Part shown: positions 21,299 through 31,468 of the stretch, one piece after another | Position numbering within the stretch: the stretch's first letter is position 1 | How the letters are laid out: each line of letters begins with the position of its first letter | NCBI GenBank assembly: GCA_016839705.1 | Contig: JAEOTR010000035.1 | Location: forward strand, 44,658-108,657 | Direction of reading: 5' to 3' | DNA length: 64,000 nt | Origin: Promethearchaeota archaeon | Lineage (GTDB): Archaea; Asgardarchaeota; Lokiarchaeia; Sigyniarchaeales; SOKP01 | The notes under the pieces: model-generated | The model's database searches: none | The model's input: the letters and a program-made list of their open reading frames with translations, nothing else | Told to the model about the DNA's origin: nothing | Program-made: the position numbers and the translations under genes

Positions 21299-21715
21299 AT
21301 GGCAGAAATGAATGAAGAAAAGGAAAAATTAAGAGGTTTTCCCGTTTTAATTAACAGTGTCCTTAGCCCTCTAAATGAAAATTTCAAATTTCAAGAAAAA
21401 TTCAAAAATATTAAAACTAAGATTCTCTTGAATGCATCCAATTTAAAGTATGCTGCGTTGATTTTAATTGATCACGGATCTCTGAACATAAAAAGCATTC
21501 CTAATAAACCAAAAGCAAATCTAAAGAAGAAAAAGGTTGGATGGAATGCTTTTTTAGAGATGGAAACCCAAACTTTCCTCACTCTTGCCATAAATCGAAC
21601 ATCTATAATTAGAGTTGCAAAGATGTGGGTTACTCGGAAAATAAAGATACGAGGTATTAGAACCTTACTCCTTCTGCTAAAAATGTTTAGAATTTTAACA
21701 GATCACGGTGAATGA
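21299..21715 (+). CDS. Hypothetical protein, possibly SCP2 lipid-binding fold
   Basis: C-terminal MWVTRKIKIRG resembles the SCP2 'GKLKIKG' motif. Confidence 0.5.
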   Translation: MAEMNEEKEKLRGFPVLINSVLSPLNENFKFQEKFKNIKTKILLNASNLKYAALILIDHGSLNIKSIPNKPKANLKKKKVGWNAFLEMETQTFLTLAINRTSIIRVAKMWVTRKIKIRGIRTLLLLLKMFRILTDHGE

Positions 21716-21778
21716 GACTCATTTTTATCAATAAAAAATAATAAATAAATTGAAATTCAATCTTAAAATAGAAATTTT

Positions 21779-22762
21779 ATGGGAAAGAGAAGTAAACCGA
21801 ACACCTTTCAAGGAAATTTAAAAAAAAAATTCTATTTCGAAGGGTGGTATAATAAAATCGTGGATAAGACAGCAGATCATATATATGCGATTATACCAAC
21901 CATAGCATTGAATAGAAAGGAACTTACCTCACATTGTGCTATTCAATTTTTTGATGCGGTTAATGCAACATCGGAATATTTTAAATTTCCAATAAGTGAG
22001 TTTAAAAATTTGTCAAACAAAAAATATGAGATTTCTATTGGTAAAAATTATTTCTCACTAGAACGAATTCATCTTGATATTGATATGCAAGGATATAAAA
22101 TTACAGGAGATCTCATATATATAGATCCCTTTCTTTGGCCCAAAAAATTTTTACAACCAGGAGCGATGGGATGGCTTTCATATATACCATTTTTAGAGAC
22201 ATATCATGCTGTTGTGAGTATGAATCATATGATACGAGGTAAAATTTCGATTAATGGAGAAAATGTGAATTTCGAAAATGGAAAAGGATATATCGAAAAA
22301 GACTGGGGTAAATCTTTTCCTGGAGCGTGGATTTGGGCACAATCAAATCATTTTTCAAATCAAAATCTTTCATTTATGTTTTCAATTGCTAAAGTGCCTT
22401 TCCTAGGCATGAAATTCAATGGTTTTTTAAGCGCTATATGGTATGAAGGTAGATTCATTAAATTTGCTACCTATACAGGCGCGAAGGTAAAATCTTTAGA
22501 GATCAATCCAGGTAATATTCAAATTGTAGTAGAAGATAAGAGATATCAGCTATATTTTGAACTTGCTAAAGGAAGAATTAAATCTACTTCTCTACTTGCC
22601 CCACAAGAAGGTATAATGTCTGGACGTATAGCTGAAAGCATTACTTCGAAAATTAGATTGAAACTCTTTGATAAGAAGAAGAATGACATCATTATTGATG
22701 ATTTAGGCGTAAATGCAGGATTTGAAGCTAAAGATCCTGCGGTTCTCAAGCCCAAAAAGTAA
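21779..22762 (+). CDS. Tocopherol cyclase family protein
   Basis: YFEGWY, PGAMGW, GYIEKDWGKSFPGAWIWAQSNHF. Confidence 0.88.
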   Translation: MGKRSKPNTFQGNLKKKFYFEGWYNKIVDKTADHIYAIIPTIALNRKELTSHCAIQFFDAVNATSEYFKFPISEFKNLSNKKYEISIGKNYFSLERIHLDIDMQGYKITGDLIYIDPFLWPKKFLQPGAMGWLSYIPFLETYHAVVSMNHMIRGKISINGENVNFENGKGYIEKDWGKSFPGAWIWAQSNHFSNQNLSFMFSIAKVPFLGMKFNGFLSAIWYEGRFIKFATYTGAKVKSLEINPGNIQIVVEDKRYQLYFELAKGRIKSTSLLAPQEGIMSGRIAESITSKIRLKLFDKKKNDIIIDDLGVNAGFEAKDPAVLKPKK

Positions 22763-22918
22763 TAGAAAATTAATTACTTCTTTTCTTCTAATAGCTTTTT
22801 TAGAAGCAATCTCTTTTTTTTAATTTTGAAATTTTTCTTAAGCTTTTTTTAGAAATAATCGTTCTTTTAGATTAGCGACTCTTGCATCTATAAAACAAAC
22901 ATAAAGAGTAAAGGAATC

Positions 22919-23686
22919 TTGAAAGACTATTTCTCTTCAGAAGGTATACAAATCTATTATGAAACATTTGGTATAGGGAAACCCATTATTCTGATACACG
23001 GTTGGGGTTCTGATTTGAAACAGAGTTGGGTAGAATCAGGCTGGGTGAAGATTATTCAGTCGATAAGAATGGTGATAGCCATGGATTGTCGAGGTCATGG
23101 CCAAAGTGAAAAACCACATGATCAAAAGGTTTATAGCTATAGTAGTATGTCTCAGGATGTGCTAAATCTGCTGGATCATCTCAACCTAGCAAAAGCGGAT
23201 ATTTTTGGCTATTCCATGGGAGCCTTTATGGCGGTTTATCTGCTTGGTCATCATAGAGAGAGATTCACTTCAATGATTTTAGGTGGCATAGGTGATGAAA
23301 CTGAAGAAAGTAAGGATGCTCGCTTTATCGCTGATGCATTAAGGGCAAAAGAAAACTCGCAAATCACTAACCTTATAGGTCGAGCTTATCGGGAATATGT
23401 CGATTCAAATTCAAATAACGACCGTGAGGCTCTTGCTTTATCAGCCCTACAAATGTGGCCAGAAGGATATCCTGTTCAACTTGGAGGTGTTGACTTAGCT
23501 AATGTCGACATCCCGGTCATTATAATAAATGGTGAATATGATTATCCTTATGTAAAAAGTGATAAAAAACTTAAAGATGCAATAGCAGGTTCTCAATTGG
23601 TTAGAATAGCTAATAAAAATCACCTGAATGTCGTTGTAGATCAACTATTTAAAGAGGAGGTTTTAGAATTCCTCAAACGACAATAA
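22919..23686 (+). CDS. Alpha/beta hydrolase
   Basis: LIHGW, DCRGHGQS, GYSMG. Confidence 0.9.
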   Translation: MKDYFSSEGIQIYYETFGIGKPIILIHGWGSDLKQSWVESGWVKIIQSIRMVIAMDCRGHGQSEKPHDQKVYSYSSMSQDVLNLLDHLNLAKADIFGYSMGAFMAVYLLGHHRERFTSMILGGIGDETEESKDARFIADALRAKENSQITNLIGRAYREYVDSNSNNDREALALSALQMWPEGYPVQLGGVDLANVDIPVIIINGEYDYPYVKSDKKLKDAIAGSQLVRIANKNHLNVVVDQLFKEEVLEFLKRQ

Positions 23687-23737
23687 AAAAGTAAATTTTT
23701 GAACAGTTTCAAATATATATATATAATATTTAACTAT

Positions 23738-24430
23738 CTATTTTTTCGCCATTGCTTCTTTTGAATATAACCTTTGTTTCAAAGTGACTGTTCCCGTATC
23801 AATGTTATGCTCTACTAAGTCCACATTTGCTAATTCTTGTACTGCCCTTAAAATAAAAGCGCCTCCAATTCCTGTAGTATTTTTCAATTCCTCTCGGGTC
23901 ATAACCTTCCTTTCACCGTGGAGTACTTTCAAAACCTGGTAATGGGGTTGACCCTGCCAAATTTTTTCTACAAGAACTCTAAAAATAGATAATAGTGCTG
24001 TTATCCTTTCGAAATTTAATTCTTGCGATTCTGCTTCCTCGGCTAATTTTGCGAATTTTGCTAATTCTACTTTTACTTTCTGATACTCATCTAATAATTT
24101 CATCTGTTCTTCAGTTAAGGAACCGATTTTTTGATCTCTTTCTTGCTTTTCTAATTCAAGTTTTTTTGTTGCATCCTCTAAGTTTTTCTTATCGATTTCT
24201 AGTTGCTTTGTCTCTCCTTCTAATTTATTCTTATCTTGTTCTAATTGAATCTTCTCTTTTTCAAGTATCTCTTTCTCTTTACTCAACTCTAATTTATCAC
24301 TTTCTAAGTTTAATAATGCTGTTCTTGAAGTCTCTAATACCTCAATAAATTCCTTAAAACTGGATTCTGCAGCTTGAATCGTCTCATCTATCACATTTAG
24401 GGTTTTATCTTCATCCGTCATTTGAATCAC
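23738..24430 (-). CDS. Coiled-coil protein with C-terminal winged helix
   Basis: Heptads LE.EK..LE.DK..; MTREELKNTTGIGGAFILRAVQELANVDLV. Confidence 0.7.
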   Translation of the reverse strand: MIQMTDEDKTLNVIDETIQAAESSFKEFIEVLETSRTALLNLESDKLELSKEKEILEKEKIQLEQDKNKLEGETKQLEIDKKNLEDATKKLELEKQERDQKIGSLTEEQMKLLDEYQKVKVELAKFAKLAEEAESQELNFERITALLSIFRVLVEKIWQGQPHYQVLKVLHGERKVMTREELKNTTGIGGAFILRAVQELANVDLVEHNIDTGTVTLKQRLYSKEAMAKK

Positions 24431-24489
24431 AATTTATTTTATTCAATTAATTTTATTATATTTATTCTATTAAAAAAATTACTTAAATC

Positions 24490-25731
24490 ATGAGTGAACA
24501 AAATAAGTCCCATCTCAAAACAAAGCTTATTTTAGGAGTATCAATCCCGGTCTTTATTATGGGTCTTGTATCCTTTTTTACTGATGTCTCTAGCGAGATG
24601 ATCCAGAGTATCCTACCTTTGTTTATTATAGACTTAGTAGAAGAGAATCCCACTCTTGTTTTAGGTTTAATCGCAGGAATAACAACTGCACTTGCAAACG
24701 TCTTAAAAGGCGTTTCGGGATGGGCAAGTGATAAGATAAATAAAAGAAAACCGTTTGTGGTTGCTGGATATACAATCTCAAATCTTTCAAAACCATTCAT
24801 AGCTTTTAGTCCCTCTTGGGAGGTTGTTTTAGGTTTAAAGGCCGTGGATCGGTTTGGCAAGGGGCTTAGGACATCTTCTCGAGATACTCTAATTTCTTAT
24901 TATGCTGTTGAAAAAGGAAAAGCTTTTGGTATGCATCGTGCCATGGATACGTTAGGTGCAGTTGTGGGGGCATTATTAGCATTTCTCTTTTTATTTTGGG
25001 CATGGAGTTATTCTCAAATTATATTTTTCTCTGTATTCCCGGGAATTTGCGCAGTAATTTTGATTTTTACTATCAAAGATGTTGATCCCGCGAAATTAGA
25101 CGATTCGAAACTAAAATATTACGGAGAACCTAAAGTAGATAAAATAAGTAAAAACTTTATTAAACTCATTATAATTCTCGGTGTAATTGAATTTGCCAGC
25201 TTAAATATTGCCTTCCTTCAAGCTAGGTCATTAGATTTTATTTCTCCTGGCTTGATTTTTCTCATACCAATTTTTTACTTACTCACTAATATAGTATATA
25301 TGTTTCTTTCACCTTTTTTAGGTTCCTTGTCTGATAGATTCGGACGTAAACCAATAATTATTAGTGGATTATCAATACTATTAATTTCTTGCATAATTTT
25401 GGCATTTCCAGTTGTCCCTTCATCTTTTTCACTTATAATTATTATATTCATATATTTACTATATGGGTTTTATTTAGCTTCTGTAGATCCTATTTCTAGG
25501 GCTTATATAGCAGATTTAGCTGGTAAAAATAAGAGAGGTAGAGCATATGGATATTATTACCTTTCTGTTGGACTAATATCGTTGGGAGAATCTTTACTGT
25601 TTGGCTTTATCTATGATGCTTTGTCATTCACATGGGCATTTTTATATACTGCCACTCTCTTGTTCATATTCATTATTGTGTTTGCGAAAACAGATTTTGC
25701 TAAAATTATTAAAAAAGAAGATAATGATTAG
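24490..25731 (+). CDS. MFS transporter
   Basis: About 12 TM helices; GWASDKINKRK and GSLSDRFGRK. Confidence 0.92.
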   Translation: MSEQNKSHLKTKLILGVSIPVFIMGLVSFFTDVSSEMIQSILPLFIIDLVEENPTLVLGLIAGITTALANVLKGVSGWASDKINKRKPFVVAGYTISNLSKPFIAFSPSWEVVLGLKAVDRFGKGLRTSSRDTLISYYAVEKGKAFGMHRAMDTLGAVVGALLAFLFLFWAWSYSQIIFFSVFPGICAVILIFTIKDVDPAKLDDSKLKYYGEPKVDKISKNFIKLIIILGVIEFASLNIAFLQARSLDFISPGLIFLIPIFYLLTNIVYMFLSPFLGSLSDRFGRKPIIISGLSILLISCIILAFPVVPSSFSLIIIIFIYLLYGFYLASVDPISRAYIADLAGKNKRGRAYGYYYLSVGLISLGESLLFGFIYDALSFTWAFLYTATLLFIFIIVFAKTDFAKIIKKEDND

Positions 25732-25737
25732 AGAATG

Positions 25738-27009
25738 TTACTTTTCTTTAGTCCAAAGTTCTGCTAAATATATTAAAACTTCTGCTGCTTTTTGTAAGGC
25801 TAGTGTTGGAATGTGTTCCTTTCTTGAATGGAATAATAAACCCCCAGAAAACAGATTTGGAGTAAGGATCCCTTTTGCACTTAATCGAGCTCCATCAGTA
25901 CCCCCTCTAATAGGATGTATTTTAGGTTCTAAATCCGCATTTTCTATCGCTTTTTTCGCCAAATCAATAATTATCGGTTTTTTCTTAATGAATTTAAGCA
26001 TATTTTGATATTGATGAGTGAACTTAATATCAATTATTAATCCAGGATAGCGAATCTCATAAGTATTTTTTAAATGTTTTATATAGTCTATCCGTCTTTG
26101 GTTTTTTTCTGGATCAAAATCCCTAATTAGCATTCTTGCTGTAGTTTCCTCAGCTTTTCCCTTCATTTTAGTTAAGTGGAAAAAACCCTCCCTTTGTTGT
26201 GTGTGTTCTGGAGACTCAGATTCAGGAAAGTCGCTAAAAAACATGCTAGCTATTTTTATTGAATTTATCATTTTATTTTTAGCATATCCAGAATGTACAT
26301 TTAAACCATGAAAAATAAATTCAGCTCGCCATGCGTCAAAACATTCATACTCCAATTCACCAATTTCACCACCATCTACCGTGTAACATATCTCCGGTAA
26401 CTTTTTTATCTCAACTTTATCGATACCTAAGCCAGTTTCTTCATCTGGAGTAAAACAGATAACTATTGGGCCATGTTTTAATTCTGGAAATTTAGTCCAT
26501 GCAACGCAAGCAGACATAATTTCAGCAATACCTGCTTTATCATCCGCTCCTAATAGAGTATCTCCTTCAGATGTGATAATGTCAAGACCTATATATTCTT
26601 TTAAGTGAGGAGAGTCATCAAAATTTAAGATTAAATCCTTGTCTTGAATAAATTTTATCTCTTTTCCATCATAGTTCTTATGGATAACAGGTTTTACATC
26701 TTTACCGGTCACAGCAGGAGAAGTATCCACATGAGCTAATAAACCTATAGATGGTACTTGTTCAAAACCTTTACTGGGTGGGAGAAAGGCATACACAAAG
26801 CCAAGCTCATCGTGAGCAATATCTTCAAGATCTAATTCTTTTAATTCCTCGGTCAACAATTTTCCTAAATCTAGTTGGTTCTTTGTAGATGGGACGGATT
26901 CCTTTGTTTCATCAGAAGTAGTCCAAATTTTTACATACCGTAAAAAACGCTCTAATGCATTATTATGAAGAAATTCTTGTATTTCTTTAGTAAGTTCCAT
27001 ATCAATCAA
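25738..27009 (-). CDS. pepT: Peptidase T (tripeptide aminopeptidase, M20)
   Basis: AHVDTS, LLGADDKAG, FTPDEE, IRGGTDGARLS. Confidence 0.95.
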   Translation of the reverse strand: MIDMELTKEIQEFLHNNALERFLRYVKIWTTSDETKESVPSTKNQLDLGKLLTEELKELDLEDIAHDELGFVYAFLPPSKGFEQVPSIGLLAHVDTSPAVTGKDVKPVIHKNYDGKEIKFIQDKDLILNFDDSPHLKEYIGLDIITSEGDTLLGADDKAGIAEIMSACVAWTKFPELKHGPIVICFTPDEETGLGIDKVEIKKLPEICYTVDGGEIGELEYECFDAWRAEFIFHGLNVHSGYAKNKMINSIKIASMFFSDFPESESPEHTQQREGFFHLTKMKGKAEETTARMLIRDFDPEKNQRRIDYIKHLKNTYEIRYPGLIIDIKFTHQYQNMLKFIKKKPIIIDLAKKAIENADLEPKIHPIRGGTDGARLSAKGILTPNLFSGGLLFHSRKEHIPTLALQKAAEVLIYLAELWTKEK

Positions 27010-27045
27010 AATACACCTTAAATTTTAAATTTGAACATATAAAAC

Positions 27046-27849
27046 TTATTTCCCTTTAAACTGTGGTTTTCGTTTCTGAATAAATGATCTACTACCTTCT
27101 CTGGAATCATATGTCTTCATATTTTCACTAAACAAATTGAATTCATTTTGTAAAGAAGTGGGAAGATCATTAATTAACGAATAATTAAACATAGTTTTAT
27201 TGTACCCAAGACATTTGGTGGGCATTTCAGCAATTTTTTGTATAAATTCTTTAGATAGTTCCTTGAACTGTTTAGCCGGATAGACTTTATTTACCAAACC
27301 TATACCTAATGCTTCTTCAGCATTTAGATGTTTTCCAGTTAGAACAATTTCTGTTGCTTTCGCAAAACCTATCAATCTAGGAAGAAACCAACTTGCTCCA
27401 TGCAACATACAAATCGCTCTTGTTGTTCGATGGTCTCCTATTTCAAGATTGTCTGCTGCTAATCGGAAATCACAAGCAAGTGCTAGCTCATATCCTGCTC
27501 CTAAGCAATATCCATGTAACAGGGCGATGACGGGTATTTGAATCTCTCTTATTAGATATATAAGCTTATGGTGTGGTAGTTTAAATTGAGGATCGAGCGA
27601 AGAATATTCATTATCCAAAGGTCCCATACTTTCTAAATCATCACCAGAACAAAAACTTTTTCCAGCTCCATTGAAAACAATAACCCTTAAAGACTCTTCT
27701 TTTATTATAAATTTAAAAACATCTAGAATCTCCATAATAGTAGGAAATTGTAGTGCATTTAACTTATTTGGCCGATTGAGAGTTATTGTACACACTCCTA
27801 ACTCCATTCTAACAATAATATCTTCATATTCTTTTTCTGAAATCATCAA
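27046..27849 (-). CDS. Enoyl-CoA hydratase/isomerase family protein
   Basis: LNRPNKLNAL, FCSGDDL, GAGYELALACD. Confidence 0.92.
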   Translation of the reverse strand: MMISEKEYEDIIVRMELGVCTITLNRPNKLNALQFPTIMEILDVFKFIIKEESLRVIVFNGAGKSFCSGDDLESMGPLDNEYSSLDPQFKLPHHKLIYLIREIQIPVIALLHGYCLGAGYELALACDFRLAADNLEIGDHRTTRAICMLHGASWFLPRLIGFAKATEIVLTGKHLNAEEALGIGLVNKVYPAKQFKELSKEFIQKIAEMPTKCLGYNKTMFNYSLINDLPTSLQNEFNLFSENMKTYDSREGSRSFIQKRKPQFKGK

Positions 27850-27975
27850 TCTTTCCTTATTATTTAGAATTAAAATTACTGTAAAGTATGAAACTTAAGT
27901 TAATAATTATGTGAAAAGATATTTAAAGAAAATTAATCAAATATTATTGAATAAATCATTTAAGCTATTTTAGTT

Positions 27976-29133
27976 ATGACTGAAGAGACTTATTCCACAC
28001 CAAAATATGAACGACGTTACGATATCGATTGGTTAAGAATAATTGCCGTATTTTTAGTTTTTATATTTCATAATGCACGATTTTTTGATTTCGGAGATTG
28101 GCATGTGAAAAATAATGAGTTAGATTTAGGGATGACTATTTTTGTTAACTTCTTAGGCGGAGTTGGAATGCCTCTTTTCTTTATAATTTCAGGTATGGCA
28201 ACTTTCTTTTTTTTAGGTTTTGCTAAACCAGGCCTATATATTAAAGCCAGATTTGTACGCTTAATGATCCCATTTCTAATCGCCTTGTTTCTCCATATCC
28301 CTATACAGGTTTATCTTGATCGTGTAAGCCATGGTCTCTTCACGGGTTCTTTCTTTGAGTTCTATCCTCAATATTTTAATGGATTTTATGGATATGGTGG
28401 GAATTTTCCATGGTCAGGTTTTCACTTATGGTTTCTGATTTTACTATTTGTTTTCTCACTCATTACAGTAATACCTTTTGCGCATCTGAGAAAAGAGCAG
28501 AACCTTCAAAAAATTTCGAAAATTGCTAATTTTTTTACGAAATCGGGAAGTCTATATTTATTAATTATACCTATTTTAATCATAGAGATTTTAGGTCCTC
28601 TTTCGATCCTTGGGCAATTTGGAGGATATAATCTTTTTTCGCAATTGGTATTTTACATTATTGGTTTCTTCTTAGCTTCTAATAGTAAGTTTAAAGAATC
28701 TATTGAAAAACATTACCGTCTTGCATTAATTATAGGGATTACTACAACAGTGTTACTTCTGATTGAGAGATTATTCCTCTTAATTGACCTCCTTTTTTGG
28801 GTTCTTGGGTTGGTGTATGTGTGGAGTTGGTTAATCGTAATACTAGGTCTAGGGAGTAAACATCTCAATTTTAACCATAAATCGAGAAAATTTTTAAACG
28901 ATATAGTTATACCTTTTTATATCCTTCACCAAACAATCATCGTGATTATTGGATTCTTTATTGTCCAATTAGGTTTAATCATTTTCATAAAATACCTTAT
29001 TATTAGTTCTCTATCGTTTGTAATAATCGTTGGCTTAGTTTTAATTATAAGAAAAGCGAATTTTTTGCGATTCATGTTTGGTATGAGTTTAAAAAAGAAA
29101 AAAGAGTTACAAGAGAAACCCATTGAACAATAA
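27976..29133 (+). CDS. Acyltransferase-3 family membrane protein (MdoC/OpgC-like)
   Basis: RRYDIDWLR...H, MPLFFIISG, HLWFL, YILHQ. Confidence 0.88.
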   Translation: MTEETYSTPKYERRYDIDWLRIIAVFLVFIFHNARFFDFGDWHVKNNELDLGMTIFVNFLGGVGMPLFFIISGMATFFFLGFAKPGLYIKARFVRLMIPFLIALFLHIPIQVYLDRVSHGLFTGSFFEFYPQYFNGFYGYGGNFPWSGFHLWFLILLFVFSLITVIPFAHLRKEQNLQKISKIANFFTKSGSLYLLIIPILIIEILGPLSILGQFGGYNLFSQLVFYIIGFFLASNSKFKESIEKHYRLALIIGITTTVLLLIERLFLLIDLLFWVLGLVYVWSWLIVILGLGSKHLNFNHKSRKFLNDIVIPFYILHQTIIVIIGFFIVQLGLIIFIKYLIISSLSFVIIVGLVLIIRKANFLRFMFGMSLKKKKELQEKPIEQ

Positions 29134-29198
29134 ACAAATTAATATATACACTCCTTTTTCTCTGTAGTATAATATAAAAAGAAAAAAAATTGTATTAA

Positions 29199-29861
29199 TT
29201 ACCAAATTTCGAATTTTTCATCAAGTTTAGTAGTAAAAACAAGCAAGTATGGAATCAGAAGATCTAATGCACTTTGCCAGGCATTGATTAAAGGTGCCCC
29301 TATCAGGATTGCTGTCATGCCTGTTATTTGAGGTAACCCTAGAAATTCTAAAGTTATTATATTAGCATATATTGCGAAAACTGTCAAATAGACAATAATA
29401 TTGAAGAGTTCCATTACGACAATACGCAGAGCAGTACCTCCTACACCATAGATAACATAATTTTTTGGCTCTTTCAATTTTTGACTGTTTATTATTCCTG
29501 GTTTTCTTTTATACAATTTTAAAAATATAATGGGCACTATAATTAGAGAAATCGTAGCAGCTAGTTTCATTGAAGGACCAATCCATCCTGTAAAATCAAA
29601 CGGCATTAGTCCAACTGCACCGATAACACTACACAAGATGCCTGCTCTCACACCAAATATTAATAAACACGCAATCCATATGATTGAAATAGGATCTATA
29701 ATTGCGATAAACCAACCCGCAATTCTTGGTATATTAGGAGCAAGGATCGCCCCCGCAACTATAGATAAAGCTCCAAAAATAGCTGCTCCAGCTATTTCTA
29801 TTATTAATTGTGATGAAATACTCCTAATTACTTCTTTTTCTCCAGGTTTTATTTCAGACAT
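29199..29861 (-). CDS. ECF transporter S-component-like membrane protein
   Basis: AAIFGALS first helix, IDPISI, multiple TM helices. Confidence 0.65.
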   Translation of the reverse strand: MSEIKPGEKEVIRSISSQLIIEIAGAAIFGALSIVAGAILAPNIPRIAGWFIAIIDPISIIWIACLLIFGVRAGILCSVIGAVGLMPFDFTGWIGPSMKLAATISLIIVPIIFLKLYKRKPGIINSQKLKEPKNYVIYGVGGTALRIVVMELFNIIVYLTVFAIYANIITLEFLGLPQITGMTAILIGAPLINAWQSALDLLIPYLLVFTTKLDEKFEIW

Positions 29862-30106
29862 TTTTTATCTTAACCTAATCAATTTTTTATTTGTAAAAGT
29901 CGGGAGTTTATATTTAAATTTATGGGTAAGAGTAAGTCTAATTATTTTGAACGTATTTTAATTTCGTGATAGTAAACATAAATTATTTAGATAAATCTCT
30001 TATTTAATTGGATATTTCCTTTCTAGAATAGGTCAATTTCAAATGATTTTGCGATACTCTTACATTTTTAAATTTTTAATCTACTCATTTTTGGAGAATT
30101 AAAATA

Positions 30107-31468
30107 CTATTTTAACAACTTTTTTTCTTTTGCATCTAAATCTAGCCAATCAGCAATATTTTTGAGTTGTTTTCGTGATGATCCGCATAAAATTTTTAAA
30201 AAAGGGAGTAAAGATTGAATGAAATCAATCTGGGAAATCTCATATTTTTTGTTTAGTTTATTTACTAATTCTTTCTGAGCACTAGTCAAAGAGTAGAATC
30301 CTCCAGAAGAGTATCTTGGAAAAACTACTCTTCGAAAACCTTTTGCTTCAGGAGTCTCGTTTCTAGACAAAGCAACCCCGCCTGCAAAGAGGTCAAAGAA
30401 ATAAGGTAATAAACCCCAGTATTGATTTATACGGATTCTCCCAAAGATTTCGTCAGCTAATGAAAGATTTTCATAAGCATCAACAAGCTCTCTGTTAGTT
30501 TTTATGAAAGTAGGAAGGTTTTCATTGACCCATTTATATAAGAAATTATAATCAACGTCAGATTTATCAGTTAAGTTTCGAGCCTCTCTTAAGGAAGATA
30601 CACGAAATAAATCTCGTATTAAAGAAAAGATTTCTTCTAGCGAATCCCGACGTAGGCTAAGGATTAATTCCTTGACATTACCTTCTATCTTACCTTGACT
30701 AATACCCTGAATATCATTGATAACACCTCTTAGATCACCATTATTCTTCTCAATTATTAATTCTAAATCCTCTTCTTTAAGTTGGGTTATATTTTCTTTT
30801 TTGAGGATACTGCGAATTATTCTTAAGACTTCTTCTTTAGATAAGCGATTTACCTCAAATCTAGGTATCTTATTATAGAGTGGCTGAAGATTGGTCTTAT
30901 ACTCGTTTGAACACATTATAATAGGAAATTGTGTGTTCTCGATTAAATCAAGAATAGTTGGAACGGCACCACGATCTTGGACTCCATATATACCGTCTAT
31001 CTCATCAATCAGGATAAGTTTCTCCTTAGATTGAGTTATGAAGTCCATTATCCCTCGAGATTTCGTAGTTTCTTTCAATTTTTTTTCTAATGTTGCTCTT
31101 GTTCGTGTATCAGAAGCATTGGTTTCTACTACTTCCATATTAAGATCGTTAGCAAGCGCATATACAATTGAAGTCTTCCCAATACCTGGTGGTCCTTCTA
31201 GTAAGATTGCTGCTTTATCAAATTTAATTTTTAACTTTTCCTTTTGCTCCTTTTCTATAACAGTTCTATTAAATGCCTTAATCCTATTATTTTCCTGATT
31301 TATTCTTTTCCGTTCATTGAAGAAATTTCTTACAAATTTGGTTAATTCTTCAGGAAGTTTAACTCTTTGATTCCCCACCCTTGCTGTAGGTAATGCCATA
31401 TCTTTAAGACTTTTTGGTCTATATTTTTCAACCCATGGCATCTCTATCGTATTAGACATTATATTCAC
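30107..31468 (-). CDS. rfcL: Replication factor C large subunit
   Basis: PWVEKYRP, GPPGIGKT, ETNASD, IDEIDG, GDLRGVIND. Confidence 0.92.
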   Translation of the reverse strand: MNIMSNTIEMPWVEKYRPKSLKDMALPTARVGNQRVKLPEELTKFVRNFFNERKRINQENNRIKAFNRTVIEKEQKEKLKIKFDKAAILLEGPPGIGKTSIVYALANDLNMEVVETNASDTRTRATLEKKLKETTKSRGIMDFITQSKEKLILIDEIDGIYGVQDRGAVPTILDLIENTQFPIIMCSNEYKTNLQPLYNKIPRFEVNRLSKEEVLRIIRSILKKENITQLKEEDLELIIEKNNGDLRGVINDIQGISQGKIEGNVKELILSLRRDSLEEIFSLIRDLFRVSSLREARNLTDKSDVDYNFLYKWVNENLPTFIKTNRELVDAYENLSLADEIFGRIRINQYWGLLPYFFDLFAGGVALSRNETPEAKGFRRVVFPRYSSGGFYSLTSAQKELVNKLNKKYEISQIDFIQSLLPFLKILCGSSRKQLKNIADWLDLDAKEKKLLK

